Shown here piece after piece: positions 19,727-28,930 of a stretch of DNA of 64,000 bases (its first letter is position 1; the number at the start of each line of letters is the position of its first letter). This DNA is from Candidatus Poribacteria bacterium (GTDB lineage Bacteria > Poribacteria > WGA-4E > WGA-3G), in NCBI GenBank assembly GCA_965215265.1, contig OZ244048.1:160001-224000 (forward strand), given 5' to 3'. Made by a program: the position numbers and the translations under genes. Below the pieces are notes generated by a model that was not told the DNA's origin, did no database searches, and saw only the letters and a program-made list of their open reading frames with translations.

Positions 19727-19811
19727 AAACCGGTAACTGCCCCTGAGTGTGATATGTGTTGTTATTGCGTGAGTGGAATCACCTTCTTCTAAATACGCTT
19801 GCAAGCTACGG

Positions 19812-21071
19812 TTAACCTAGGATATCATCAACTTTATTAATCGCCGCTGCCATTAACCGTGCGTGCTCTTCTTGCATATTGACGTTAAAGCCGAACCGCA
19901 GGGCACGCCCCAGGATAGAAAGTGTCTGTGGACACATATCACGCGAGTATGCGACGTTGCCTGTATAACGCGGATCTTTCCACGGATATCCGGACGGATG
20001 CGGCGAGTGCTTAAATAGGATAGAATCCCAATAGGTATAAATATGTCTATCGGGGAAGCCTTCATTATAAGCAGTTCCTGCGTTCAACCCTTCCGCTTTG
20101 AGTGCAGCAGCGTATTTTTTGGCGAGTTCGGTATCTCGTACAATAATGGCACTACTGATTCCACATTCGCCACTTGGGTCATCGACGTGTTGCAGGATAT
20201 AGCCCTTCGGTTTTTCTGCGAGTTCAGCTACAAATGCCTTCTTGAGTCGTCGCGTGTGTGCCAAGATATCTTCCAATTTTGACAGCTGCACGCGGGCAAT
20301 GGCCCCCAAAATCTCACTGGGCCGGTAGCATTGGCGAGAGAAGGGTTTGTTCTGCCACTCGGTATCGCTCATCCACATCGGCAATCCGGGTTCTGCTGCG
20401 AAAGCGGCACGTTCATAAACGTCATAATCGTTCGTGAAGACCAGGCCGCCTTCGCCACAAGAGATTAATTTGTAATAGTTGAGGCTCCATGTGCCTGCGT
20501 CACCCCAAGTGCCGGTATATTTGCCTTTGTATTTCCCACCAACACACTGACAACAATCTTCTACAATTTTGAGATTGTGTTTTCGGGCGAGCTTGACGAG
20601 TGCCTCAAGCCTGCAAGGCACACCTTGCATGTGAACTGGTAAAATCGCTTTTGTATGAGACGTAATTTTTCGTTCAACATCTGCTACGTCCAATCCGAGG
20701 GAATCGTCAATTTCGGCAATGATAGGGATTGCGCCGACACCGACGATGGCGGCAGCAGTTGCGATAAAAGTATAGCCGGGTAAAATCACTTCATCACCGG
20801 GCCCGATGCCAACCCCCGTTAAGGCACAGATAATTGCACTGGTCCCTGAATTGACCATCAACGCATGCTTGGCACTAAGGTGTGCTGCTGCGTCTGCTTC
20901 AAAACTCGCCACATTAGAATTCTCAACAAACCGGAAAAGCTTACCACTCCGTAGAACTTGGGTGACAGCATTCACTTCCTGTTCGTCTATCACACTGGGT
21001 CCGTGCATTCCGCCCGGAATCGGCTGCGTGATAACAGGGGTTCCGCCATCGATTGCTAAACGCATTGGCAT
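19812..21071 (-). CDS. DegT/DnrJ/EryC1/StrS family PLP-dependent aminotransferase
   Basis: 'NSGTSA', 'PGDEVILPGYTFIAT', 'EDCCQ', and the PLP-lysine motif 'SLNYYKLISCGEGG'. Confidence 0.92.
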   Translation of the reverse strand: MPMRLAIDGGTPVITQPIPGGMHGPSVIDEQEVNAVTQVLRSGKLFRFVENSNVASFEADAAAHLSAKHALMVNSGTSAIICALTGVGIGPGDEVILPGYTFIATAAAIVGVGAIPIIAEIDDSLGLDVADVERKITSHTKAILPVHMQGVPCRLEALVKLARKHNLKIVEDCCQCVGGKYKGKYTGTWGDAGTWSLNYYKLISCGEGGLVFTNDYDVYERAAFAAEPGLPMWMSDTEWQNKPFSRQCYRPSEILGAIARVQLSKLEDILAHTRRLKKAFVAELAEKPKGYILQHVDDPSGECGISSAIIVRDTELAKKYAAALKAEGLNAGTAYNEGFPDRHIYTYWDSILFKHSPHPSGYPWKDPRYTGNVAYSRDMCPQTLSILGRALRFGFNVNMQEEHARLMAAAINKVDDILG

Positions 21072-21099
21072 TTTATTCCTCCACCAATTTTGTTAATCC

Positions 21100-21128
21100 A
21101 TGCTACAGTCCAACGCCCTTTTTGTCAA
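21100..21128 (-). promoter_or_regulatory. Putative sigma70 promoter for the aminotransferase gene
   Basis: The minus strand reads TTGACA-N17-TAGCAT. Confidence 0.5.
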
Positions 21129-21152
21129 TAGATATTTCCCATTGAGAAAAAA

Positions 21153-21181
21153 TTGACAGAAGTGTTACATTATGATATAAT
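21153..21181 (+). promoter_or_regulatory. Consensus sigma70 promoter upstream of the membrane protein-purF-purM cluster
   Basis: TTGACA-N17-TATAAT with an extended -10 TG. Confidence 0.75.
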
Positions 21182-21244
21182 AGGTACGGAATTTAAACTG
21201 CATCCTCTCCTCTTATTCGGATGCTATTTTCAAAACGAGGAAAA

Positions 21245-21790
21245 ATGTCAAAAAAAGAGCTTATAAGGTTAACCTTAGGTCAAATAGTTCTAGGGAGTAT
21301 TGCTGCCCTGCTTAGCAGCTGGCTGTGTCTGCTTATCCTTGAGAATGTCATGTGGAAATGGCTGATAGGGCCACGGGTACTGCATGGTTTCTGGGCAGGT
21401 TTACTCTTGCTTATCTCCTTAGGTCTTACGTATGGCCTTATGATAACTGTTGCAAGCGAGAGTGTTCGCTTTATCAGTCGGAAATTCGGTATAGATATCC
21501 CTTTTAAACCTGTTTTTTCTGGTGCCCTTTTGGGGCCTCCTGCGGTTGTCGGTTTACTTGCCCTATTGAATGTTCCATGGGAAATCTTTGGTACGCCGAA
21601 TCTAATTCTGGCATTACTGCTTCCGTTATTGAAGGCTATAGCGTACGTTGTCTCGTTACCGATGCGCGGTTGGGTCAGCCTGGGATTACCTGTGGAAATT
21701 TGGTATATCCTTGCTGTGCCGGTGGGCGCCATATTAGGCTATAGACTCCCAGCAGCAGCGACACCTGAAGTTGAAATGGAACAAGCTTAA
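21245..21790 (+). CDS. Hypothetical integral membrane protein
   Basis: About five hydrophobic helices. GAGGA RBS before the ATG at 21245. Confidence 0.7.
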   Translation: MSKKELIRLTLGQIVLGSIAALLSSWLCLLILENVMWKWLIGPRVLHGFWAGLLLLISLGLTYGLMITVASESVRFISRKFGIDIPFKPVFSGALLGPPAVVGLLALLNVPWEIFGTPNLILALLLPLLKAIAYVVSLPMRGWVSLGLPVEIWYILAVPVGAILGYRLPAAATPEVEMEQA

Positions 21791-21883
21791 ATAAAAAGGT
21801 AGGCGGTTATTGTTCACAGAAGCCATCTTGTTTAGGCATTGGTTGGCATTATCACGTACCTGCTGGAGGTTTTACCCAGACGC

Positions 21884-23296
21884 ATGGAATATAATGACAA
21901 ACCCAAGGATGAATGCGGTGTATTCGGCATTTTTGGACATCCTCAAGCGGTGGAATTAACCTATTTAGGGTTACGCGCGCTTCAACATCGTGGGCAAGAG
22001 AGCAGCGGAATTGTCGCTTCAAATCGGGATACACTTTCATATCACCACGGCATGGGATTGGTTCATTCGGTCTTTAACGCTGACGTGTTAGGGAAACTCA
22101 AAGGTGACATTGCTATTGGGCATAACCGCTACTCAACTGCTGGAGAGAGTAGTCTTGACAACGCGCAGCCTCTTGTGAGGAATTATAAGCAAGGCCCGCT
22201 TGCGCTGGGGCACAACGGGAACCTGGTTAACGCAGCGCAGCTTCGAAATCATCTTGAGGATGCGGGTTCAATTTTCAGCACAACGTTAGATACAGAGGTG
22301 GTTTTTCATCTAATTGCGCGTTCACGTTTTCCGCAATTGGAAGATCGGATATTTGATGCTCTTCGCACCGTTCAGGGGGCATACTCGCTTGTGATGATGA
22401 ATAAAACGGCTTTGATGGGTACCCGGGATCCGTACGGGTTTAGACCTTTGTGGCTCGGGCGGCTCGGAGAGGCGTACGTATTAGCATCTGAAACGTGTGC
22501 TCTCGATGTAATAGAAGCAGAGCCGATTCGTGAGATTGAACCTGGGGAATTGGTAACTTTACGTTCAACGCATCGCGGTATTGAGTCTTCCCGCATTCAA
22601 CCGCAGCAATCAGAATTATCGCAATGCATCTTTGAATATATCTATCTTGCTCGTCCGGATAGCATGATGTTTGGGCAGAGCGTAAATAATACCCGGCGTG
22701 AATTCGGAAGACAGCTTGCGCGTGAACATCCGGTCGAGGCGGATGTTGTCATCCCTGTCCCTGATTCAGCGACAATTGCGGCACTCGGCTATGCCGAGGC
22801 ATCAGGTATCCGCTTTGATTTGGGCTTATCGCGTAACGCTTTTGTGGGACGTTCTTTCATGAATCCTACACAAGATATTAGGGAACTTATGGTGAAGGTT
22901 AAACTCAACCCCATCCGTGGGGTTCTTGAAGGGAAACGCGTTGTTGTGGTAGATGATTCCATCATGCGAGGCACGAATAGTCGAAAATTAGTTAAAATTG
23001 TACGGGAGGGTGGTGCAACGGCTGTGCATCTGCGTATTGCGTCGCCACCGAATAAATTTTCGTGCTTCTACGGGGTAGACACACCGACCCGGGCGGAATT
23101 AATTGCGAGTTCGCATACGATTGAGGAAATCCGTAAATATGTTCGTGCTGACAGCCTCGGCTATTTGGGAATTGAAGGGATGCTCAAGGCAGTGAACTCA
23201 CAGCGGGATTTTTGTACTGCCTGCTTTGATGGAAAATATCCGGTTCATTTTTTTAAGGAGCCGATTTTTGGACAGCTACCGCTGATTCCAGAGTAA
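21884..23296 (+). CDS. purF: Amidophosphoribosyltransferase
   Basis: Propeptide then 'ECGVFG', 'LQHRGQESSG', 'GHNRYST', the PRPP loop 'VVVDDSIMRGT', and Fe-S Cys 'CTACF'. Start after GGAGGT. Confidence 0.97.
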   Translation: MEYNDKPKDECGVFGIFGHPQAVELTYLGLRALQHRGQESSGIVASNRDTLSYHHGMGLVHSVFNADVLGKLKGDIAIGHNRYSTAGESSLDNAQPLVRNYKQGPLALGHNGNLVNAAQLRNHLEDAGSIFSTTLDTEVVFHLIARSRFPQLEDRIFDALRTVQGAYSLVMMNKTALMGTRDPYGFRPLWLGRLGEAYVLASETCALDVIEAEPIREIEPGELVTLRSTHRGIESSRIQPQQSELSQCIFEYIYLARPDSMMFGQSVNNTRREFGRQLAREHPVEADVVIPVPDSATIAALGYAEASGIRFDLGLSRNAFVGRSFMNPTQDIRELMVKVKLNPIRGVLEGKRVVVVDDSIMRGTNSRKLVKIVREGGATAVHLRIASPPNKFSCFYGVDTPTRAELIASSHTIEEIRKYVRADSLGYLGIEGMLKAVNSQRDFCTACFDGKYPVHFFKEPIFGQLPLIPE

Positions 23297-23304
23297 GGAG
23301 AAAA

Positions 23305-23586
23305 ATGATGAAATATCGACCGCGTGGAAATCATAAAAAATCGCGCTCAATAGGCACCCCCCAGGGGCGGCACACGCTCATTTCCCTCCTGATTTGTGCG
23401 ATACTCGGTATGATTTTAAGCCGCCTCCTACCGTCCGCTATGCTTAAACTACGTCCTATGATGTCGGCCGGTGAGGCCCAAGAGGTGGGGATTCTTATTG
23501 CCTTAGTTATCAGCGGACTCACTTTGGTAGTAATGCTTCTCAAACCAACTTTACTTAAAGGACAGAAGAAACCGGATGGAGAATAA
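23305..23586 (+). CDS. Small hypothetical two-TM membrane protein
   Basis: AAGGAG RBS, two hydrophobic segments, and an 11-nt overlap with the purM start. Confidence 0.6.
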   Translation: MMKYRPRGNHKKSRSIGTPQGRHTLISLLICAILGMILSRLLPSAMLKLRPMMSAGEAQEVGILIALVISGLTLVVMLLKPTLLKGQKKPDGE

Positions 23587-24610
23587 AAAAACGCTTAAGT
23601 ATGCGGATGCAGGTGTCTCATTTGAGGCAGAGACACAAGCAATTGGACGCCTGAAAGGTTTCGCGCAAAGTACCTATCGCCCTGAGGTACTCAGCGATGT
23701 CGGTAATTTCGGCGGACTTTTTGAACTCGTTTCGTATCAAAAACCTGTCCTTGTCTCTAGTACAGATAGCGTTGGCAGTAAACTAAAGATTGCATTTGAA
23801 GCAGAGCGTCACGATACAGTAGGGTTTGATATTGTAGCACACTGTGGGAATGATATTGTTGTGCAAGGTGCGGAACCGCTCTTCTTTTTAGATTATATCG
23901 GTATCAACACAGTCGTACCAGAAGTCATCGAACAAATTATCAGCGGCGTGGCGGCGGGGTGTCGGGAAATCGGCTGTGCACTTATCGGCGGAGAAATAGC
24001 GGAGTTACCGGATTTTTACGCCCCTGGTGAGTATGACCTTGTTGGGACCATCGTAGGGGCAGTTGAGAAGGCTGATGTGATTACCGGCAGTGCGATTGAA
24101 CCGGGGGACAAACTCATCGGTTTAGCTTCAGCGGGGTTGCATACCAATGGGTTTTCGTTAGTGCGGCGAATCGTGTTTGAGAAGTGTCACTACGGTGTGG
24201 ATAGCTATATTCCTGAACTCTCTGGGACACTGGGTGATGAATTGCTCAAACCTCATAAAAGCTATGTGAACTCTATTTTGGAACTCTGCAAGGTGTGTGA
24301 CATTAAAGGGTTTGCGCATATTACCGGTGGTGGACTGCCGGCAAATGTGCTGCGCATACTGCCGGCTGGATGTCGAGCCGTGATTCAAAAAGGGACCTGG
24401 ACCATCCCGCCAATTTTCCCGTTTCTCGAGAAAAAAGGCAATGTTGTGGAATCAGAAATGTACCGAGTTTTCAATATGGGAATCGGAATGGTTGTACTGC
24501 TTGCCCCCGATGCCGTTGATTCTGCGCTTTCATCACTTACTGCTTCGGGAGAATCAGTTTATCAGATTGGCGAGATCGCGGCAGGCGAAAAGGGAGTGCA
24601 CTGTGCCTGA
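23576..24610 (+). CDS. purM: Phosphoribosylformylglycinamidine cyclo-ligase (AIR synthetase)
   Basis: 'YADAGV', 'GNFGGLF', 'LVSSTDSVGSK', 'GAEPLFFLDY', 'GLHTNGFSLVR', 'AHITGGG', 'FNMGIGM'. Confidence 0.97.
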   Translation: MENKKTLKYADAGVSFEAETQAIGRLKGFAQSTYRPEVLSDVGNFGGLFELVSYQKPVLVSSTDSVGSKLKIAFEAERHDTVGFDIVAHCGNDIVVQGAEPLFFLDYIGINTVVPEVIEQIISGVAAGCREIGCALIGGEIAELPDFYAPGEYDLVGTIVGAVEKADVITGSAIEPGDKLIGLASAGLHTNGFSLVRRIVFEKCHYGVDSYIPELSGTLGDELLKPHKSYVNSILELCKVCDIKGFAHITGGGLPANVLRILPAGCRAVIQKGTWTIPPIFPFLEKKGNVVESEMYRVFNMGIGMVVLLAPDAVDSALSSLTASGESVYQIGEIAAGEKGVHCA

Positions 24611-25310
24611 TAAAGCGGCTATCCAAGAACTGATGAATCTGCTTGACGAAGTGCATCCGCAAGTCTTGTTGTCAGCGTTCCAAAAGGTTGACGATGGCGA
24701 TGCGGCCGTTTTCTTAATGATGCTTAAAACCTCTTCTGAAGCGCTTGCTGTTCAGGCAGGACAAATTTTCGCACGACTTCCCTTTGAGAGGCAAGTCGGC
24801 ATTGCTGAAAAGGTTGGCACGACAGAGATTGTTAAATCTGAGCACGCAGCGCAGCTCTGGAACGAGCTCGTAACTAAGATTAAGGAAGCCCTCCAACAGA
24901 CAACGTGCTTAGGGGAAGGAGCCGCGAATCTTGCCGAACTGCTGGCACATGTTGACATAGAATCTCAAAATCGACTGTTGGAGGCGTTAGCAGAGAAGCA
25001 GCCAGAATTGGTGAACAGCGTCTCTGAGCAACTGTTCACCTTTGATGAATTGGCTAATTTGGGGGATGAGGCGATATTGACTATCGCGAAAGTGCTGGAC
25101 AGTTCAACCTTAGCCCTTGCACTGCACAAGGCACCCGAGGCAATTGCGAACAGGTTCTTTGAAAATATGTCTGAATCCCAGGCAGAAGCAGTGGCAATAG
25201 AAACCGAACGGTTGACGTTTGAACAAACACAGCTCGTGGAAACAGCACGTCAATCATTAGTGAGCCTGGTCCGCAACTTCGCGGCAAAAGACTTGATGAA
25301 ACTGCCATGA
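24603..25310 (+). CDS. FliG middle/C-terminal domain-like protein (stand-alone)
   Basis: 'EVHPQ' (cf. FliG EHPQ), 'QLFTFDEL' (cf. MFxFED), 'LALALHKA...FFENMSESQA' (cf. FxNMSxRA). The GTG start overlaps the purM end. Confidence 0.75.
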   Translation: MPDKAAIQELMNLLDEVHPQVLLSAFQKVDDGDAAVFLMMLKTSSEALAVQAGQIFARLPFERQVGIAEKVGTTEIVKSEHAAQLWNELVTKIKEALQQTTCLGEGAANLAELLAHVDIESQNRLLEALAEKQPELVNSVSEQLFTFDELANLGDEAILTIAKVLDSSTLALALHKAPEAIANRFFENMSESQAEAVAIETERLTFEQTQLVETARQSLVSLVRNFAAKDLMKLP

Positions 25311-25328
25311 ACTGTGGTTTGCACTAAA

Positions 25329-26291
25329 TTATTCATCTTCTAATGTAAAATCATAAGGGATCTGGACTATCATACTAATCGTTTTTCCATCCTTCATAGC
25401 CGGAACGAAAGTAGATTTCTGCAAAGCTGCGATTGCTGCCTCTTCAAACCCAAATCCAAGTTTTGTTATTGCAACAATGTTTTGCGGGTTTCCGTTTTCA
25501 TCAATAGTTACTTGTAAAAGAACTTGTCCTTCCTTTTGTGCCCGGCTCGCGCTTTTGGGATAATCAGGTTTCCTTTTGTACTTGAACTTGGGGCGAGTCG
25601 GTTTATTCTGACCAATTGCGATATCTCCAAAATCGCCAAGCACACTATTGTCATCCAGTTGAATGTTATCAACTTTATTAAAGCCAGATTCCTGTGTGGA
25701 GGGGAGCTCGAATTCCGGAGGTTCTATTTCGACTCCCTCTGAACCCACTGGCCGGCCTGGCAGCTTATCAGTTCCTATAATTTTCGGTCCATCATCTGCA
25801 GAAATCTCAGGTACGCCAACATCGACTGTCGTGTCATCAGGAATTGTGAACCCCGTATCAGATAACGGCAGTGCAGCGGCGGTTTGTAGCGGTGTCTGAG
25901 GAATATTCTGCTGTGTTTCAAGCTGCTTTGTAGGGAATTTCACCGGATCTCTCCCCCGAGGAGGGCGGACTGTCGGTTTATCTTCCTGAACGAAAACATC
26001 AATACCAATTGTCTCTTTATTTTTTTCAATCTGATTTGCAATAAAGAGGATACTGATAATAAACGCAATAATAACGTGAAACATTATAGAAATTGAGAAC
26101 GCAGCGGAGTTGCGACCGACGTTCTTTTTTAAAACAGGTGGGTCTGCGTGCCGCAATTGTACATTGGAGACTGCATTTTTTTGGGATGTATCAAGCGAAA
26201 TTGTCTTCAAAGGAACAGCACGTTTCGGCTTTTTTCGTTCAATCCGATGCTTCTGCAGGCCAGCAAGAATGCTGGAAGTTCTGCTATTCAT
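25329..26291 (-). CDS. TonB family energy transducer
   Basis: TM with 'SIMFH', Pro-rich linker, and C-terminal 'PDYPKSA...EGQVLLQVTIDENG...FEEAAI...FVPAMKDGK'. Confidence 0.9.
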   Translation of the reverse strand: MNSRTSSILAGLQKHRIERKKPKRAVPLKTISLDTSQKNAVSNVQLRHADPPVLKKNVGRNSAAFSISIMFHVIIAFIISILFIANQIEKNKETIGIDVFVQEDKPTVRPPRGRDPVKFPTKQLETQQNIPQTPLQTAAALPLSDTGFTIPDDTTVDVGVPEISADDGPKIIGTDKLPGRPVGSEGVEIEPPEFELPSTQESGFNKVDNIQLDDNSVLGDFGDIAIGQNKPTRPKFKYKRKPDYPKSASRAQKEGQVLLQVTIDENGNPQNIVAITKLGFGFEEAAIAALQKSTFVPAMKDGKTISMIVQIPYDFTLEDE

Positions 26292-26424
26292 CCTTTTTAC
26301 CTCCTGAAAAATAGGTATTGGGAATCCAAGGTAAACGTTTAAACGTCACGTTTTGCAAAAAAGTTTAATAGAAGTACAGAAAATGTCCCTAAATATCCCA
26401 ATTTAGCATGAACATATAAAAATA

Positions 26425-26453
26425 ATTATAGCGCATTTTTGTAACTTTGTCAA
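26425..26453 (-). promoter_or_regulatory. Consensus sigma70 promoter for the TonB gene
   Basis: The minus strand reads TTGACA-N17-TATAAT. Confidence 0.7.
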
Positions 26454-26466
26454 TTCTTTTTTACTT

Positions 26467-28791
26467 TTATGGATTCCACCAATACGTAAATTTCCCCACT
26501 ACGGTTGAATCTACGAGAGAAGTTTTGGTAGTTCTATCTGTATCATACGTTTGATTGAAAACGAAATAGAAATCGCTGCCGGGGCGATAAATGTAGTTAA
26601 TCAGGAGGTTGGTAGAGAGGACGTTAGTTTCTTGATTCCACTGGGCAAAAAATTTCGCAAATAGACTTGTGGAAAATGAGTAGTTGAATCGACTGTTAAA
26701 GAGATTCGCGTCAAAATTGCCATCTGGGAGGTTAACCTGATTAAATTGATAAGAAGATTCAAGACTCATTCTGCCGGTGGGTTTGAGGGTTACGTGAACG
26801 TAGAACCGGCGAATGCCGCCATTATAAAAATTTCCGAATTCAAATCCGGTTGTGGCGTTGACGGGGCGGCTGTCGCTCGTTGAGATTCGTCCGCCCAATC
26901 CACTAAATTGATAGCCACCACTCGGAATAATCACGCCCTCCCGAATCTCAAAAACTTCGTCAAGGCTTTCAAACTCACGTTTGCCGAAAAACATAATCGA
27001 GTCGCCTGTTGAAAAACCGAACCAGTGTGTGTAAGAAATCTTCCACTCTTTCAATTCATTTTCTTGGTTAAGAATGTAGTCTATCTCAGGACCTGACCAG
27101 ATTTCACGGATACCGTATTTTTGCGGTCTCGGTGTCCAACGGAATTGCCCTTGCATGCGCCGAACCCCTTGTTGCCGGACGTACCCAACAGCAGGATTGA
27201 AATCGTCGTCAATATCGGTATAAGAACCTTCCAGTCGAAAATTGCCATTTCGCCATCGAGATCCGAGGTACCAAGCGTTATTTCTACCGGACATCTCAGG
27301 TTCAAACGTGCGTGACCACATCCCGCGGACATCCAGTCTATCATTTGGTCTATATTCAAAATCGAAGCCGCCTGCGCGATTGTAATCGCTGGTACCGTCT
27401 TTATTAACAGCAATTGCCCCGATGCGTGAGCCGGTGGATACATCCTTTGTTACGCGCATCACAGAGTAGTTAGTACGTGGAATTTCTATCGGGCCGTCGC
27501 TGTTTTCTTCATAGAATTCGTCGGTAAGTACGTTGAGAACTCCGAGCCCGTACGAACCGATTTTGCCGGTGGCTTTTCCGCCGACAATAATCGGGATAGC
27601 GTTTCCTTCAGCGAGTCCGATGCGTCGGCTATAGAAAAGCAACATCGGGGGGGGGCGGCGAAAACTGCTGCGGGGCACCCCAAAATCGAAAAGTCCCGCG
27701 CCCTCTAAAAAGAAAGGTCGTTTTTCAGGGAAAAAGAGACTGAACCGGGTCAGGTTGACCTGCTCTTGATCGGCTTCAACTTGTGCGAAGTCTGTATTAT
27801 AGGTGAAATCTGCAATAAGGTTTGAGGTAATGCCGTACTTGGCATCAAAGCCGACCTTGAATTCTCGCGTTGTTTGTAGCACTGCTGCATCATCGTTTGC
27901 TTGTGTGATGCCGGGCAATATATACGGAAGAATTTCTAAGTTTCGGGCTGGGGCGATACCTTCTAATCCAACAAGGTTCCCGAGATTAGCCGTACGGTAT
28001 TTCGCCAATCCACCATAAGAGGCTGGAACAGGTGCCCAGATCGATTCCTCTTGATTTCGCGGAAGCCCCCGTCCCGTGTTGATACCCCATACCATTAGGT
28101 CGCGTTTATTGAAACGGAGCTGGCTGAACGGAATACTAAACTCCAAGGTCCAACCTTTATCATTGATTTTCGAGTTGCATTGGACAACCGCATCCCAGTC
28201 ACTATTGAAGGTGTCTCCACTATTCGTTACGGCTCTGTCTTGTACCGCACCGAGTGCATTCATGCGGAAGAAAAATCCGCTCCGTTTATCGTTGTAGGTA
28301 TCCAACAACAAGAAAACATTGTCATTCTCATGTATGTCGCGTGCATCCCGGCGCATCTCATTCGCAATTAACTTAGACATATCTGAATCAAAACAGGTAA
28401 AGCCGAAGTAAATATTCTCATCATCATAGAGAATCCGAACTTCCATGGATTCGGAGATCTTTTCTCCTTCATAAGGTTCGGTTTGGACAAATTGGTCAAT
28501 TGGTTCAGCGTTTTGCCAATCGGTCTCACTTAAATCGCCGTCAATTTCAATACTCTGGTACGTTCGATATGCCCGGATTTGATAATCGTTTCCTTCTGCA
28601 AACGCCTGCGTAGCAACACTGACTAAGATGAATGTTACATTTAAGAGGATTCTGAGTGCGGATATGCCGGGGAAACGGTTGCCTAATTGCGAGAAAGATA
28701 TTAGATATTCGTTCAAAAACCTTGCCCCCTTTACGTCAAATTTGATTAATATATTTAAATGACGTAAAAGGAGGTAAATTGGGTTATACAA
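26467..28791 (-). CDS. CBM9-like + DUF5916 outer-membrane protein (true start probably downstream of 28791)
   Basis: 'IEIDGDLSETDW', 'YDDENIYFGF', 'WTLEFSIPFSQLRF', 'NTDFAQVEAD..QVNLTRFSLFFPEKRPFFLEG', 'LFYSRRIG'. Confidence 0.85.
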   Translation of the reverse strand: MYNPIYLLLRHLNILIKFDVKGARFLNEYLISFSQLGNRFPGISALRILLNVTFILVSVATQAFAEGNDYQIRAYRTYQSIEIDGDLSETDWQNAEPIDQFVQTEPYEGEKISESMEVRILYDDENIYFGFTCFDSDMSKLIANEMRRDARDIHENDNVFLLLDTYNDKRSGFFFRMNALGAVQDRAVTNSGDTFNSDWDAVVQCNSKINDKGWTLEFSIPFSQLRFNKRDLMVWGINTGRGLPRNQEESIWAPVPASYGGLAKYRTANLGNLVGLEGIAPARNLEILPYILPGITQANDDAAVLQTTREFKVGFDAKYGITSNLIADFTYNTDFAQVEADQEQVNLTRFSLFFPEKRPFFLEGAGLFDFGVPRSSFRRPPPMLLFYSRRIGLAEGNAIPIIVGGKATGKIGSYGLGVLNVLTDEFYEENSDGPIEIPRTNYSVMRVTKDVSTGSRIGAIAVNKDGTSDYNRAGGFDFEYRPNDRLDVRGMWSRTFEPEMSGRNNAWYLGSRWRNGNFRLEGSYTDIDDDFNPAVGYVRQQGVRRMQGQFRWTPRPQKYGIREIWSGPEIDYILNQENELKEWKISYTHWFGFSTGDSIMFFGKREFESLDEVFEIREGVIIPSGGYQFSGLGGRISTSDSRPVNATTGFEFGNFYNGGIRRFYVHVTLKPTGRMSLESSYQFNQVNLPDGNFDANLFNSRFNYSFSTSLFAKFFAQWNQETNVLSTNLLINYIYRPGSDFYFVFNQTYDTDRTTKTSLVDSTVVGKFTYWWNP

Positions 28792-28930
28792 TTTTTGAAC
28801 AGTCGTCTTTCACACTGTTTTTCCGTGAAATTGAAATCATGTGGAACGTCTCCGGCGAAATTGTAAAAAAAAGAGGAAATCGCGTTAGAGGGCCCACGTT
28901 GCTTTATACGGGGCGGCAATACAGAAAATT

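Noticed and set aside
24441-24602. N-terminal extension of the FliG-like ORF
   Set aside because: It lies inside purM. The GTG at 24603 preceded by GGGAG is the plausible start.
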